Shown here: piece after piece, positions 1 to 9,231 of the stretch
Layout of the letters: every line of letters starts with the position of its first letter
Position numbering within the stretch: position 1 is the stretch's first letter
From: an uncultured bacterium
Lineage (GTDB): Bacteria; Omnitrophota; Omnitrophia; Omnitrophales; Abzuiibacteriaceae
Assembly (NCBI GenBank): GCA_964387845.1
Contig: CAYLXA010000008.1
Span: 1-64,000 of the forward strand
Direction: 5' to 3'
Length of the DNA: 64,000 bases
Program-made: the position numbers and the translations under genes
Notes under the pieces: model-generated
The model's input: only the letters and a program-made list of their open reading frames with translations
The model's database searches: none
Told to the model about the DNA's origin: nothing

Positions 1-288
1 ATCGCACTCACAATCTGTGCATTCCCGCCTGTGGCATACACTTTGGTGAGGGTGTATGTTTGATTGCCGCAATTGCCGTTCGAATAAGTGTTGCATCCAC
101 CGCCACCAGTACCATCATCGGGCGCAGGCACGGCGTCATACTGTACATATTCGTGGCTTGCTTCGTTCATGACACGGGTCGGAGTATTGGCCAGTGAAGT
201 TGCAGGAGGATTAAATAAAGCAAGGGTAAGAATGATGAGTGATGCCAGCCCTTTTTTAATTATTAATTTTGTTTTTGTTATCTTCATT
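1..288 (-). CDS. Partial CDS (5' part only; the 3' end lies beyond the window start): secreted or exported protein with an N-terminal signal peptide
   Basis: The reverse complement of 1-288 reads MKITKTKLIIKKGLASLIILTLALFNPPATSLANTPTRVMNEASHEYVQYDAVPAPDDGTGGGGCNTYSNGNCGNQTYTL... with no stop. The n/h/c regions look like a signal peptide. It is absent from the ORF track because it is truncated. No clear SD is seen. Confidence 0.4.
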
Positions 289-560
289 TTTGTTCAGATA
301 AAAGCGAGATTTAAAAATGTTTTAATTTGATGCCTACAAAAGTTTACCTTCCTAAACTAATTCCCACAAACACACCCTCCCACAATCGGATGAATTACCC
401 GAATGAACGGTGATGAGACCAAAGTGCAATTTGACTTACTAAATCGCGTGAAGGAAGTTTTAGGTGAAGCGGAATAGTAAAAGCCGGGTTGAATCAAACT
501 TTAAAGCGCGTATAATAAGACTTTCAGCTTTGGCTCAATCTTGATTAATAAGGATTCAAT

Positions 561-1628
561 ATGCCGTCAATTTCTGAAATTTTAAATCAGCCCACAACAC
601 CGTGGATTTATGGCTCCGCTGTCACCCTTAGCTGGATCATTTTTGCTTTTATTTTGAAGCGAATTATTATCAGCCGCTTGAAGCATCTTACCGAAAAAAC
701 CTCGTTTCATTTTGATGACATCATCGTTACTTCAATTTCAAATCCGCTTAATCTTCTTATTTTAGCTTCAGCGCTCGTTGTTTTTAATCAGCTGGTGCCC
801 ATAGATTCCGAAGCCGAAAAACTTGTCCAAATCATATTCAAAACCTCGATTATCTTTTCCGGAGTTCTTTTCGCGGATCATTTTGTCAGAAGTTTAATTG
901 ATAAAAATCAGCGCCGAATTCAAGTCGGAATTTCACCGACCGTTTTACGCAATTTAGCAAGCGCGGTTATTATAGGAAGCGGTGTTTTAATCCTGCTCGA
1001 TCTCCTGGGGATTTCCATTACGCCGCTTTTGGCATCGCTTGGTATAGGATCGCTTGCAGTCGGCCTCGCGCTTCAGGATACGCTGACCAATTTTTTCTCC
1101 GGAGTTTATGTATCAATGGACCGCCCGATCCGCGTTGGCGATTATGTGAAGTTAGAATCCGGCGAAGAGGGTTACGTAACGGAAATCGGCTGGCGGAGCA
1201 CACGTGTCAGGACGCTTCCCAATAATCTAATTATTGTCCCGAATCACAAACTAACCTCCTCCATTATCACCAATTATTATTTGCCGGATCAGGAAATGGC
1301 TGTTTTGGTGCAGGTCGGTGTTCATTACAATAGCGACCTCGAAAAGGTGGAGCGTGTGACGATCGAAGTCGGTGAATCTGTTATGAAAACCGTAGAGGGC
1401 GGCGTGCCGAGTTTTAAGCCTTTTATTCGCTATCACACGTTTGATTCATCAAGCATCAACTTCACGGTCATTTTGCGCGGGAAAGAATATGTCACTCAAC
1501 ATTTGATCAAGCACGAATTTGTAAAAGCGCTTCAAGCGCGATACCGCAAAGAGGGCATCGTGATTCCGTTCCCGATCCGGACACTCGAGTTTTCTGAGGA
1601 AGCTGTCCAGGCTTTCAAACGGTCTTAA
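561..1628 (+). CDS. Small-conductance mechanosensitive channel, MscS family
   Basis: N-terminal TM helices followed by the MscS signature LASLGIGSLAVGLALQDTLTNFFSGVYVSMDRPIRVGDYV. 355 aa. ATG at 561. Confidence 0.85.
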   Translation: MPSISEILNQPTTPWIYGSAVTLSWIIFAFILKRIIISRLKHLTEKTSFHFDDIIVTSISNPLNLLILASALVVFNQLVPIDSEAEKLVQIIFKTSIIFSGVLFADHFVRSLIDKNQRRIQVGISPTVLRNLASAVIIGSGVLILLDLLGISITPLLASLGIGSLAVGLALQDTLTNFFSGVYVSMDRPIRVGDYVKLESGEEGYVTEIGWRSTRVRTLPNNLIIVPNHKLTSSIITNYYLPDQEMAVLVQVGVHYNSDLEKVERVTIEVGESVMKTVEGGVPSFKPFIRYHTFDSSSINFTVILRGKEYVTQHLIKHEFVKALQARYRKEGIVIPFPIRTLEFSEEAVQAFKRS

Positions 1629-1653
1629 CCAACCTTGATCTGCAGGGCTCGCC

Positions 1654-1923
1654 ATGAATGACGATGATTTTCTGAATAAAATCGAAGACGACGAAGAAGA
1701 GCTTTACCGCTCCTATGTCAAACCGGTTAATCCCATTGTCGCGAAAACATTTGCGGTGGTCGCCATTATCGGTGGAATCGCCGTCGGCGTTTGCCTTTTT
1801 CTGTTTTTCATGACACTTTTCATTTATTTGTTTCTTCCGCTGCTTGCGCTTTTGACAGCGTGGCTCTTGTTTCAACGCTGGCAATTTAACCGCGAGTGGA
1901 AAAAGACCATGAAAGATTTTTAG
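1654..1923 (+). CDS. Hypothetical small membrane protein (acidic N-terminus, two hydrophobic helices)
   Basis: 89-aa ORF between mscS and the Nudix gene. Strongly hydrophobic segments; no recognisable domain. Confidence 0.4.
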   Translation: MNDDDFLNKIEDDEEELYRSYVKPVNPIVAKTFAVVAIIGGIAVGVCLFLFFMTLFIYLFLPLLALLTAWLLFQRWQFNREWKKTMKDF

Positions 1924-1924
1924 C

Positions 1925-2506
1925 GTGCATCCTTCTCAACATTCTTCGCCTGCCGGCAAAAAGACCACGCTCTACGAGGGAAAATTTAAGCGGCTGGTTG
2001 ATGAAAACGGATGGGAATTTACGGAGCGGGTGAATTGTTCCGGCGTGGTGGCGATTTTGGCCCAGACAGCCGAGGGAAAAATCATTTTGGTCGAGCAATA
2101 CCGTGTTCCGGTCGGAAAAAGTGTTATCGAACTTCCTGCAGGCCTGGCCGACGGCGGACTTTGCTTGCCGGGGACAGTCCCCCAAAAAGGGGACAGTCCC
2201 CTAGAACCTCTCGAAGAAGCCGCCAAGCGCGAATTGTTGGAGGAAACAGGATATCAAGCCGGCCGGATGGAAAAAATTTTGGAAGGGCCGGCCAATTCAT
2301 CGTCAAACGCCGACATCATTGTTCTATTTTATGCGCATAATCTCCGGAAAGTTTCAAACGGAGGCGGTGATCATACCGAATCCATCACGGTTCACGAAGT
2401 TGATCTTAAGGGAATCGAGCAGTGGTTTGACAGTATGCGCCGGAAGGGAAAGCTGGTTGACCCTAAAATTTATGCAGGGCTTTATTGGTTAAATCAAAAA
2501 CGATGA
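1925..2506 (+). CDS. NUDIX hydrolase (ADP-ribose pyrophosphatase-like)
   Basis: Nudix box E-x7-REUxEExGU is present (PLEPLEEAAKRELLEETGY). The upstream part GKIILVEQYRVPVGKSVIELPAG is typical of ADP-ribose pyrophosphatases. An unusual about 11-aa insertion (LCLPGTVPQKG) sits in the motif region. Confidence 0.8.
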   Translation: MHPSQHSSPAGKKTTLYEGKFKRLVDENGWEFTERVNCSGVVAILAQTAEGKIILVEQYRVPVGKSVIELPAGLADGGLCLPGTVPQKGDSPLEPLEEAAKRELLEETGYQAGRMEKILEGPANSSSNADIIVLFYAHNLRKVSNGGGDHTESITVHEVDLKGIEQWFDSMRRKGKLVDPKIYAGLYWLNQKR

Positions 2507-2520
2507 TGTCCTGAACCCGA

Positions 2521-4497
2521 ATGGCTGTGCAAGAATCCGCGGTTTCCCCAAAAAGTATTGTTTTGATTTGCTTGCTCCTCACTGCCATTATTTTGCCGCT
2601 TTACGCTCCGGTTGTCGGTTTTGATTTTGTGAATTTAGACGACGATGTCTATGTCACCGGCAATCCGCACATTCAAAACGGCTTAACACTTCAAGGAATT
2701 AAGTGGGCGCTTCAAGCCGACCTTGTTTTCGATTCTCCAAATGCCGATTACTGGCAGCCCGCCACATTTATTTCGCGCATGATTGATATTTCCGTGTTCG
2801 GCCTGAAGCCTTTCGGGCATCACGTGATGAATTTGCTGTTCCATTTAGCCAACACACTTCTTCTTTTTGGATTATTGCGCAGGATGACGAATTTGACCTG
2901 GCCCAGCTTTGCCGCCGCGCTTTTATTTTCGGTTCATCCTTTAACAATTGAGCCGGTTGCGTGGATTACCGCACGAAAAGATTTGCTCAGCTGGTTCTTC
3001 GGCCTTTTGTCGCTCCATACATATTATGACTTCGTCAAAAACAAAAAAAATCGGCAAGCAATTCTCTCAACCCTTTTCTTTTTATGCGGATTGATGTCAA
3101 AACCGTCGTTAGTCAGTTTGCCTTTTTTATTGATCATTTTGGATTTTTGGCCGCTCAGGCGGTTTAGCCAAAGAAGTTTCAAAGAAAAATGGTTTTACTT
3201 TATGGCGGCCGCACCTTTTTTTGTCATTCCGTTCATCGGACAAGGGCAGGCATTTCGTTACGCAAGCCCCTATATTGTGGCGGCCAACGCGGTGGTGAAT
3301 GTTGTTACTTATTTATGGAAGGCGATTTGCCCGGTTAATTTGGCAGTTTTAAGCGCCGGCTCCTACGCAAAATTTCCGGCTGTTCCGTTCGTATTTTCCA
3401 TCCTGTTTTTGCTTGGGGTCACTTTCTTATTGATCAAACATGCCAAAACAAAACCGTATTTATTGGCCGGCTGGCTTTGGTTTTTGATTTCGCTGTTTCC
3501 GATGGCGGCAATTGCGCCCGTTGCCGATCGGTTCATGTATGTTCCGATAATCGGTCTGCTGGTTCTTTTTGTTTGGGCGATTGATTTGCATGCCCGAAAA
3601 ATAGCCCTCCCGATGCTGTTTATTTTTGCCGCGTCATTTTTATTTTTATCTTCCCGGCAGCTCGCTTTCTGGAAAAATAACGAAGTACTATTTCAAAATT
3701 CGATTGATGCATCATCCGGTAATTTTATTGCGCACAACAATCTCGCTATTACTATGATTCAGCAGGGAAAATTAAATCAGGCCGAAGAACTGTATTCGGA
3801 GGCAAACAAAATCCGGCCGGATGTCGTGACCAATACCAATTTCGGCAGTGTTCTTGCGCAGCAGGGAAAAATCGAAGAAGCGATGAAGCATTTTGAAGAA
3901 TCTTTGCGGCTGAACCCCAACTATGCCGAAGCGCACAACAATTTAGCAAATCTTCTGATACAGCAGGGCAGAACAGAAGAAGCCGTGAGCCATTATTTAA
4001 AAGCGGTCAAGCTGAAGCCCGAACTTCCCGAAGCACACGCCAATCTCGGTTTTTATTACGCCAACCAAAGGGAAGATGCGAAGGCCATTTCCTATCTTTC
4101 CGAAACCATCCGTCTGAAGCCCGAGCACGCGAAGGCACATTTCTATCTGGCGAGTTTACTGATGGAAAACGGTCAGTCTGAAGAATCGGTCAAACATTTC
4201 AAAGAAGCCGTCCGTTTAAATCCCGGTGATGCACAAATTCAGAATAATTTCGGAATCGCGTTGGCGTCTCTCAACCGGCACGAGGAAGCAGAGCCCTATT
4301 TTAAGGAATCAATTCGGCTGGCGCCCGATTATGCCGATGCTTATTACAATTTGGGCGTGCTTTACAGCCGGCAAAATCAAATAGAACAAGCAATTCAATA
4401 TCTGAAAGAAGCAATCCGGGTAAGGCCTCACTATCCGAAAGCGCAGGATGCTCTCAACATGCTTCAATCGCGGGATATGGAAAGTAAAAATGAATAA
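2521..4497 (+). CDS. TMTC-like membrane protein: N-terminal polytopic DUF1736-type (GT-C-like) domain plus C-terminal TPR repeats (putative protein O-mannosyltransferase-like)
   Basis: About 400-aa multi-TM N-terminus with FDFVNLDDDVYVTGNPHIQNG...ADYWQPATFISRMID. The C-terminal approximately 250 aa are canonical TPRs (AEAHNNLANLL..., AEAHANLGFYY..., AKAHFYLASLL..., ADAYYNLGVLY). A paralogue lies at 30365..31969. Confidence 0.6.
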   Translation: MAVQESAVSPKSIVLICLLLTAIILPLYAPVVGFDFVNLDDDVYVTGNPHIQNGLTLQGIKWALQADLVFDSPNADYWQPATFISRMIDISVFGLKPFGHHVMNLLFHLANTLLLFGLLRRMTNLTWPSFAAALLFSVHPLTIEPVAWITARKDLLSWFFGLLSLHTYYDFVKNKKNRQAILSTLFFLCGLMSKPSLVSLPFLLIILDFWPLRRFSQRSFKEKWFYFMAAAPFFVIPFIGQGQAFRYASPYIVAANAVVNVVTYLWKAICPVNLAVLSAGSYAKFPAVPFVFSILFLLGVTFLLIKHAKTKPYLLAGWLWFLISLFPMAAIAPVADRFMYVPIIGLLVLFVWAIDLHARKIALPMLFIFAASFLFLSSRQLAFWKNNEVLFQNSIDASSGNFIAHNNLAITMIQQGKLNQAEELYSEANKIRPDVVTNTNFGSVLAQQGKIEEAMKHFEESLRLNPNYAEAHNNLANLLIQQGRTEEAVSHYLKAVKLKPELPEAHANLGFYYANQREDAKAISYLSETIRLKPEHAKAHFYLASLLMENGQSEESVKHFKEAVRLNPGDAQIQNNFGIALASLNRHEEAEPYFKESIRLAPDYADAYYNLGVLYSRQNQIEQAIQYLKEAIRVRPHYPKAQDALNMLQSRDMESKNE

Positions 4498-6604
4498 AAC
4501 CGGCACAGCCCCGGAAACCGAACGCATCCGTGCGTTTTTGATTAATCTGTCGATCCTCGTTTTCATGATCCTGTGGTCTTTTTGGATTTACCGCTACGGC
4601 ATTTACGCGTTTCCGCGGCAGGATCATTTTTCTTTCATGTTTGACCGGTCTCTTTTTCAAAACGATTGGGATTATTTTTGGCATGTCATTTCATTTTCGA
4701 AAACCCGGACCACATTTCCGGGAGATTATTATCTTTTCCGCCCTGCTACACACGGAATTCTGGCGCTCATCGATATTTTTTTCCGAAGTGATTTATATAC
4801 GGCAGGAAGAATCAGTATTTTTTGGCATGGCATCACCGCGTTTGTCCTGTATTTATTCACATCGAAATTTTCAGGCAGGATGATCGGATTTATTTTGGCG
4901 TTTGTATTCGCAACGCAATATCCGGGCCTCGAGATGGTCATTTGGCGCCATGTGAGCCCGTACATGCTCGGGCTGTGTTTTTTTACATGCGGCCTTTTGA
5001 TGATTCCGAAAATAACGGAATCTCACCGGCTTACCGCAATAGCGGCGCTGCTATTTTTAATTTCCGGATTCTTTTTTGAAAACATTATTGTTGTCATGGC
5101 AATAGCGTTCTTGATTTTCCTAATTCTAGGAACCCGCACTCAAGAAAATGCGCTTCGGAATTTCAGTTTTCAAATCATCAAAATCGCCGCTTTAGTGATT
5201 TTGGTTTATTCCGCACTTTATATTTTCGAATATTTAATGCGCCCTCCGCCGTCGTTTTTGGGCCCTGCCGATAGAAATGCGGCAACTTTTACATGGCTTG
5301 ATACGGTTTATGGTTTGTGTACGATTTCAGGCCTTTTGTTTACGGCATTTTTATTTCCGCACAAGGTTGATTTATTCTATGACTCCGAATGGTACAGGGC
5401 TTGGTGGGAATTTTTTGAAACCGGGAGTAATTTTTTCTATGGCTGGTTAGGTGTTTTCTTGGGGATTCTGTTAACCATTACATTTGTAAAAGGTGCTTTC
5501 TTTTTATTCCGCAAGCAGCAAAAAGCGATTGCCGCTATTTTTGTGTTTGTTTTTCTTTATTTCGGTGCCGTGGCGGGCGGTTTGTCGCTGGGGCGCGCAA
5601 GTTTGCGATCGGTCAGTTATATGACAAACGCGACTTATTATTATTACATGACCGGCTTTCTGCTGACGATGATCGCGGCTCTTCTCATTTTTATTTCAAA
5701 GAAATCGGAAATAGTTAAACACTTTTCGAACGGCGTTAAACAAATATTGTGGTTTCTGCTGATCTTATTTTCCACGCATCAAGTTACTTTAAGCTATGAG
5801 AGAATCCAGACAGTTTTGGGCAGCCGCTATGGTTTTGACAAGGGAGTCGCTGAAGCGACATCGGAAGTGGCAAAACGGATCCGGCAGAACGAGTTATTTT
5901 GTTATGGAGGAGCAATCGATCCATTTTTGGGAAATTACTTATTGAATGAACTTCTTTACCGAGAATCATGCATGGATAAGCAAGGCGTTCCGCTTTATGC
6001 GGTTACGGGCCCAAATCAGATTTTTTGGTTAATCAAATTCAAAGAGTCCGATGTCGGGCCTGTTTCGCTTCAGCCGGTCGAGTTGCTGGAAAACGGGCAG
6101 AAAGTAATGCTGAGCACGCGAGATTACAACGCGGAGTCCTTAGACGTGACGATGTATCCGCCCTTTAACGGCGGATTGGTAGTGGCCTATAAAAATCCGG
6201 GCAATTTTTTGCTTCTGCTCGTGAAAGAAAACACGTTTTATGCCCATCAGATGAGGGGCGGGAGATTGTCTCCGCCTTTTGTAACCCATGAGTTGAAGCC
6301 AGCCCCGCAGTATGACATTTCAATCAAGAGGGTTGGAACGGATTACGCCGTGTTCTATAATGAGAACGTTATCACCCGGCTTGAAGCCGGTTCTGGCTGG
6401 ATCGGGAAAATCGGTTTGATTGATTACGGAAGCGATTCAGGCAGACAGGCTTTTTCTGAATTAAAAGTTTCGGCTACGCCGTTACTAGGCCGAGGTTCGG
6501 ACAATATAGTGCCTGTATTCCGGTTGAGATTTCCGACCCTGCAGAATTTTCTGAAGCAAGAGCAGGGCTGGGCGGTTGCATCCAGCAGCAGAGCTGATTA
6601 TTGA
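4490..6604 (+). CDS. Large polytopic membrane protein with a C-terminal extracytoplasmic domain; function unknown, possibly a glycosyltransferase partner of the upstream TMTC-like gene
   Basis: About 11 predicted TM helices in the first 430 aa, followed by a soluble approximately 270-aa tail. The start was moved to the in-frame ATG at 4490, which overlaps the upstream stop (ATGAATAA). The track ORF begins at 4448. Confidence 0.55.
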   Translation: MNKTGTAPETERIRAFLINLSILVFMILWSFWIYRYGIYAFPRQDHFSFMFDRSLFQNDWDYFWHVISFSKTRTTFPGDYYLFRPATHGILALIDIFFRSDLYTAGRISIFWHGITAFVLYLFTSKFSGRMIGFILAFVFATQYPGLEMVIWRHVSPYMLGLCFFTCGLLMIPKITESHRLTAIAALLFLISGFFFENIIVVMAIAFLIFLILGTRTQENALRNFSFQIIKIAALVILVYSALYIFEYLMRPPPSFLGPADRNAATFTWLDTVYGLCTISGLLFTAFLFPHKVDLFYDSEWYRAWWEFFETGSNFFYGWLGVFLGILLTITFVKGAFFLFRKQQKAIAAIFVFVFLYFGAVAGGLSLGRASLRSVSYMTNATYYYYMTGFLLTMIAALLIFISKKSEIVKHFSNGVKQILWFLLILFSTHQVTLSYERIQTVLGSRYGFDKGVAEATSEVAKRIRQNELFCYGGAIDPFLGNYLLNELLYRESCMDKQGVPLYAVTGPNQIFWLIKFKESDVGPVSLQPVELLENGQKVMLSTRDYNAESLDVTMYPPFNGGLVVAYKNPGNFLLLLVKENTFYAHQMRGGRLSPPFVTHELKPAPQYDISIKRVGTDYAVFYNENVITRLEAGSGWIGKIGLIDYGSDSGRQAFSELKVSATPLLGRGSDNIVPVFRLRFPTLQNFLKQEQGWAVASSSRADY

Positions 6605-6614
6605 AGGAGCTTAA

Positions 6615-7289
6615 ATGACTTTGTCGGTAGCGAAAATACCTTTATTCGAAGGCCTTTCCAAAAGCGAATTGGAAGCAATCAAAACTTGTTTGCATGAGAA
6701 ACGCTACCAAAAAGGCGAGATCATTCTTTTGGAAGGCAATTCCTGCGAGCGTATTTTTATCGTGGAGTCAGGCCGCGTAAAAATGATCCGGACATCGCCA
6801 TCCGGCCGCGAACAAATTTTGGAAACACTATATCCGGGCGATACTTGTGCTTGCAATCCGGGGTGTCAGCAATGGGCGTGCTGCAATACTGCGGAAGCGA
6901 TGACTTCTTGCAAAGTCTGGTTTTTGTCGAAACGGGATTATGTGGAGCTGGTACAAGCCAATCCGAAAACAGCCCGCGCATTAAATCATATCTTCGCCCA
7001 ACGCCTCGCGTGTTTCAGTTCTTTAATCGAAGAAATTTCCCTGAAGGACACAAAGAAGCGTCTTATCAAATTTATTTTGGATATGTTAAACGAACAAAAA
7101 GCAAAACTTTCTGCGAAGGGAGTTTTGCAAATACCGTTTACCCGCCAGGAAATCGCCCAACGCATCGGAACCGCGCGCGAAACCGTAGCAAGGCATCTCT
7201 ACGAGCTTAAAAGAAACAAGCTTATTGATATCAAACCCAAACAAATTGCTGTCTTAGACGAGCAAAATCTCCGCAAGTTAATCGCATAA
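6615..7289 (+). CDS. Crp/Fnr-family transcriptional regulator (cNMP-binding domain plus C-terminal HTH), with an unusual Cys-rich segment
   Basis: The HTH TRQEIAQRIGTARETVARHLYELKRNKLI is typical of the Crp/Fnr family. The cNMP-binding-fold region contains CACNPGCQQWACC. It lies at the head of the nos/denitrification island. Confidence 0.8.
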   Translation: MTLSVAKIPLFEGLSKSELEAIKTCLHEKRYQKGEIILLEGNSCERIFIVESGRVKMIRTSPSGREQILETLYPGDTCACNPGCQQWACCNTAEAMTSCKVWFLSKRDYVELVQANPKTARALNHIFAQRLACFSSLIEEISLKDTKKRLIKFILDMLNEQKAKLSAKGVLQIPFTRQEIAQRIGTARETVARHLYELKRNKLIDIKPKQIAVLDEQNLRKLIA

Positions 7290-7393
7290 CTCTTTTACTA
7301 TTATAGTCTTACGATAATATTGATTATCAGTGATGAGGGTCACGGATTTTTCCGCCTCCCAGCCCGTAATATAAAGCGGGAGAAAGTGAAAAT

Positions 7394-7945
7394 ATGCGGA
7401 AAACATCGACCTTATCACAAAGCCGCATTCTATCCTTGCTCGAAAGAGACAGAAGAAGTACGGCCCGCGTTCTTGACTGCGTGAGCGACATTCTGATCGG
7501 CTTGCGTTATGAAGACAGGCCGTGGTTTGATAAAAATATCATCAAGAAAGCAAAAAAAGTCCTTCAGCTTCTCCACGCGGAACTATTCCACCACTGCTGC
7601 GTTGAGGAAAAAATTGTTTTTCCGTTTGCCAAATCTCATCTGCCCAAGCTCGAATCCGTCATTCGTTTTCTGGAGGCCGAGCATCAGGATTTTAAAAAAC
7701 ATGTGCGGCATCTGAATCATTTATTCAATCATCCCTCTAACATGTCGGCAGGCGAGGAAAGCGGCGCGTGGATTCAAAAAGTAAACGAGGCGGGCAATTA
7801 TTTCATCTATTTGCTGCGGCGTCATTTGGAAGTTCGGCATGAGAACATCGACAAGGCCATTGATCAGGAATTGCGTGAGGATGAAAAAAGGGAGCTTGCG
7901 AATCGGTTAAAGGGTTTGGCGCCGGAGGCAGCGAGACGTTCCTAA
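7394..7945 (+). CDS. Hemerythrin-like (HHE cation-binding) domain protein
   Basis: Repeated H...HxxxE-like spacing (LHAELFHHCCVEEKI, LEAEHQDFKKHVRHL, LRRHLEVRHENID). 183 aa. Confidence 0.45.
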   Translation: MRKTSTLSQSRILSLLERDRRSTARVLDCVSDILIGLRYEDRPWFDKNIIKKAKKVLQLLHAELFHHCCVEEKIVFPFAKSHLPKLESVIRFLEAEHQDFKKHVRHLNHLFNHPSNMSAGEESGAWIQKVNEAGNYFIYLLRRHLEVRHENIDKAIDQELREDEKRELANRLKGLAPEAARRS

Positions 7946-7965
7946 GACAGGCTCAGGGAGGCGTT

Positions 7966-8250
7966 ATGTGGAACGATAAACTTCGTCAGCATTATTGGTG
8001 GGCCGAAATCAACAGCCCGGCTGAGAAATTTCTTTATGAGCTCCGAAAAGCCGAGGACGAAGAAGATGCCGGCGTATATCTTTTGCAGCTTTATCTTAAT
8101 AATGAATCCGACCTTCATTTTTTTTCAAACAAAGACCGCCGCAGAATCTGCCAAATTTTAACATTCTTGATTCACGAAACCGAAAAGCACCGGACGATCT
8201 TGGCGCATTTGGCCGATGAGCTTGAAAAAAGGAGGGCGGGCCATGCTTAA
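7966..8250 (+). CDS. Hypothetical small protein (94 aa)
   Basis: Protein-like composition. Translationally coupled to the next small gene (ATGCTTAA overlap). Confidence 0.4.
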   Translation: MWNDKLRQHYWWAEINSPAEKFLYELRKAEDEEDAGVYLLQLYLNNESDLHFFSNKDRRRICQILTFLIHETEKHRTILAHLADELEKRRAGHA

Positions 8251-8488
8251 TAATCAGGTTAAAGACTTATGGCTGATTCGGTTCCGTAAAATCTATGATC
8301 TAGAGCGTGATTCATTCTATTTTTACCGCAAATTAATCAACAGCAACACAGAGCTTTTGCAGGATTCAGACGCGAGAAATATCCTGCGTAAGATTATGCG
8401 CGACGAACTCAATCATGCGCGCGCAGCATTAGAATTATTAAAAATTCTAGAAAACAGAAACGCTTCCAAAGAGGGCGGAGGCGCTTAG
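8243..8488 (+). CDS. Hypothetical small protein (81 aa)
   Basis: AGGAGG SD 6 nt upstream of the ATG at 8243. The track ORF starts at 8216 in the same frame. Confidence 0.4.
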   Translation: MLNNQVKDLWLIRFRKIYDLERDSFYFYRKLINSNTELLQDSDARNILRKIMRDELNHARAALELLKILENRNASKEGGGA

Positions 8489-8502
8489 AAACGAGGTGCG
8501 CC

Positions 8503-9216
8503 ATGCGCGGAACAGATATTTTTGAGTCTTATGTGGCGTGTCAAATTAAATCGCTGGAAAATACGGGCAAACAAAAAGCTGGAGTTGCAAGCCCGTTTGT
8601 AACCATATCCCGCCAAGCGGGAGCAGGCGGTATCACCATCGGAGAAAAGCTGGTCGCTTACTTATGGGAAAATGACAGGGGAAGCGGCTGCCCGTGGGCA
8701 ATTTTTGATAAGACTTTGGTAAACCGGGTTCTGGAGGAGCATCATCTGCCCGAGAAAATTTCACAGTACATGCCCGAAAGCAAAGTTTCGCAGGTGGATG
8801 ACATTATGGAAGAGCTTTTCAACCTGCATCCTTCCGAGTGGACATTAATCCATAAAACCAGCGAAACTATTTTGAAATTAGCACAAATGGGCAATGTCAT
8901 TCTGGTCGGGCGCGGCTCGAACATTGTCGCACGAAGCCTTGAAAACGGATTTCATGTCCGGCTGATTGCTTCACCGGAAAAAAGAATCGAGCATTTGCAG
9001 GAATATTACAAGCTTGACCGTAAAAGAGCGCTGAAATTTATGGAAAAGGAAGATAAAGGAAGGCGTGATTATGTGAAAGAATATTTTGATAAAAATATCG
9101 ATGATCCGCTCTTGTATGATTTGGTGATTAACACGGACAGGATCTCTTATGACCAAGCGGCTAAACTGATTGCCCGCGAAGTGCTTGAGATCAAAAAACG
9201 GATCTCATCACAGTAA
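8503..9216 (+). CDS. Cytidylate kinase-like family protein (PF13189-like)
   Basis: N-terminal ISRQAGAGGITIGEKLVAYL is the degenerate P-loop characteristic of the cytidylate-kinase-like family. 237 aa. Confidence 0.55.
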   Translation: MRGTDIFESYVACQIKSLENTGKQKAGVASPFVTISRQAGAGGITIGEKLVAYLWENDRGSGCPWAIFDKTLVNRVLEEHHLPEKISQYMPESKVSQVDDIMEELFNLHPSEWTLIHKTSETILKLAQMGNVILVGRGSNIVARSLENGFHVRLIASPEKRIEHLQEYYKLDRKRALKFMEKEDKGRRDYVKEYFDKNIDDPLLYDLVINTDRISYDQAAKLIAREVLEIKKRISSQ

Positions 9217-9231
9217 TTTGGCAGGGTTGAT

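Noticed and set aside
330-560. 231-bp intergenic region checked for tRNA or small-RNA features
   Set aside because: No cloverleaf-compatible GTTCGA/T-loop or anticodon-stem pattern. It is AT-rich and probably contains the mscS promoter.
2011-2340. Arg-rich 109-aa ORF in an alternative frame of the Nudix gene, and the antisense ORFs 1886..2185 and 1972..2226
   Set aside because: They overlap a well-supported Nudix CDS. Their compositions (R/G/P-rich) are typical of off-frame translation.
7311-7331. TTGATTATCAGTGAT upstream of the hemerythrin gene as an FNR/Dnr box
   Set aside because: Only the left half-site matches TTGAT-N4-ATCAA. The right half (AGTGA) does not match.
8216-8242. Upstream start of the second small ORF at 8216
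   Set aside because: An AGGAGG SD sits inside this stretch 6 nt before the ATG at 8243. The longer form would lack an RBS and would overlap the previous gene by 35 nt.
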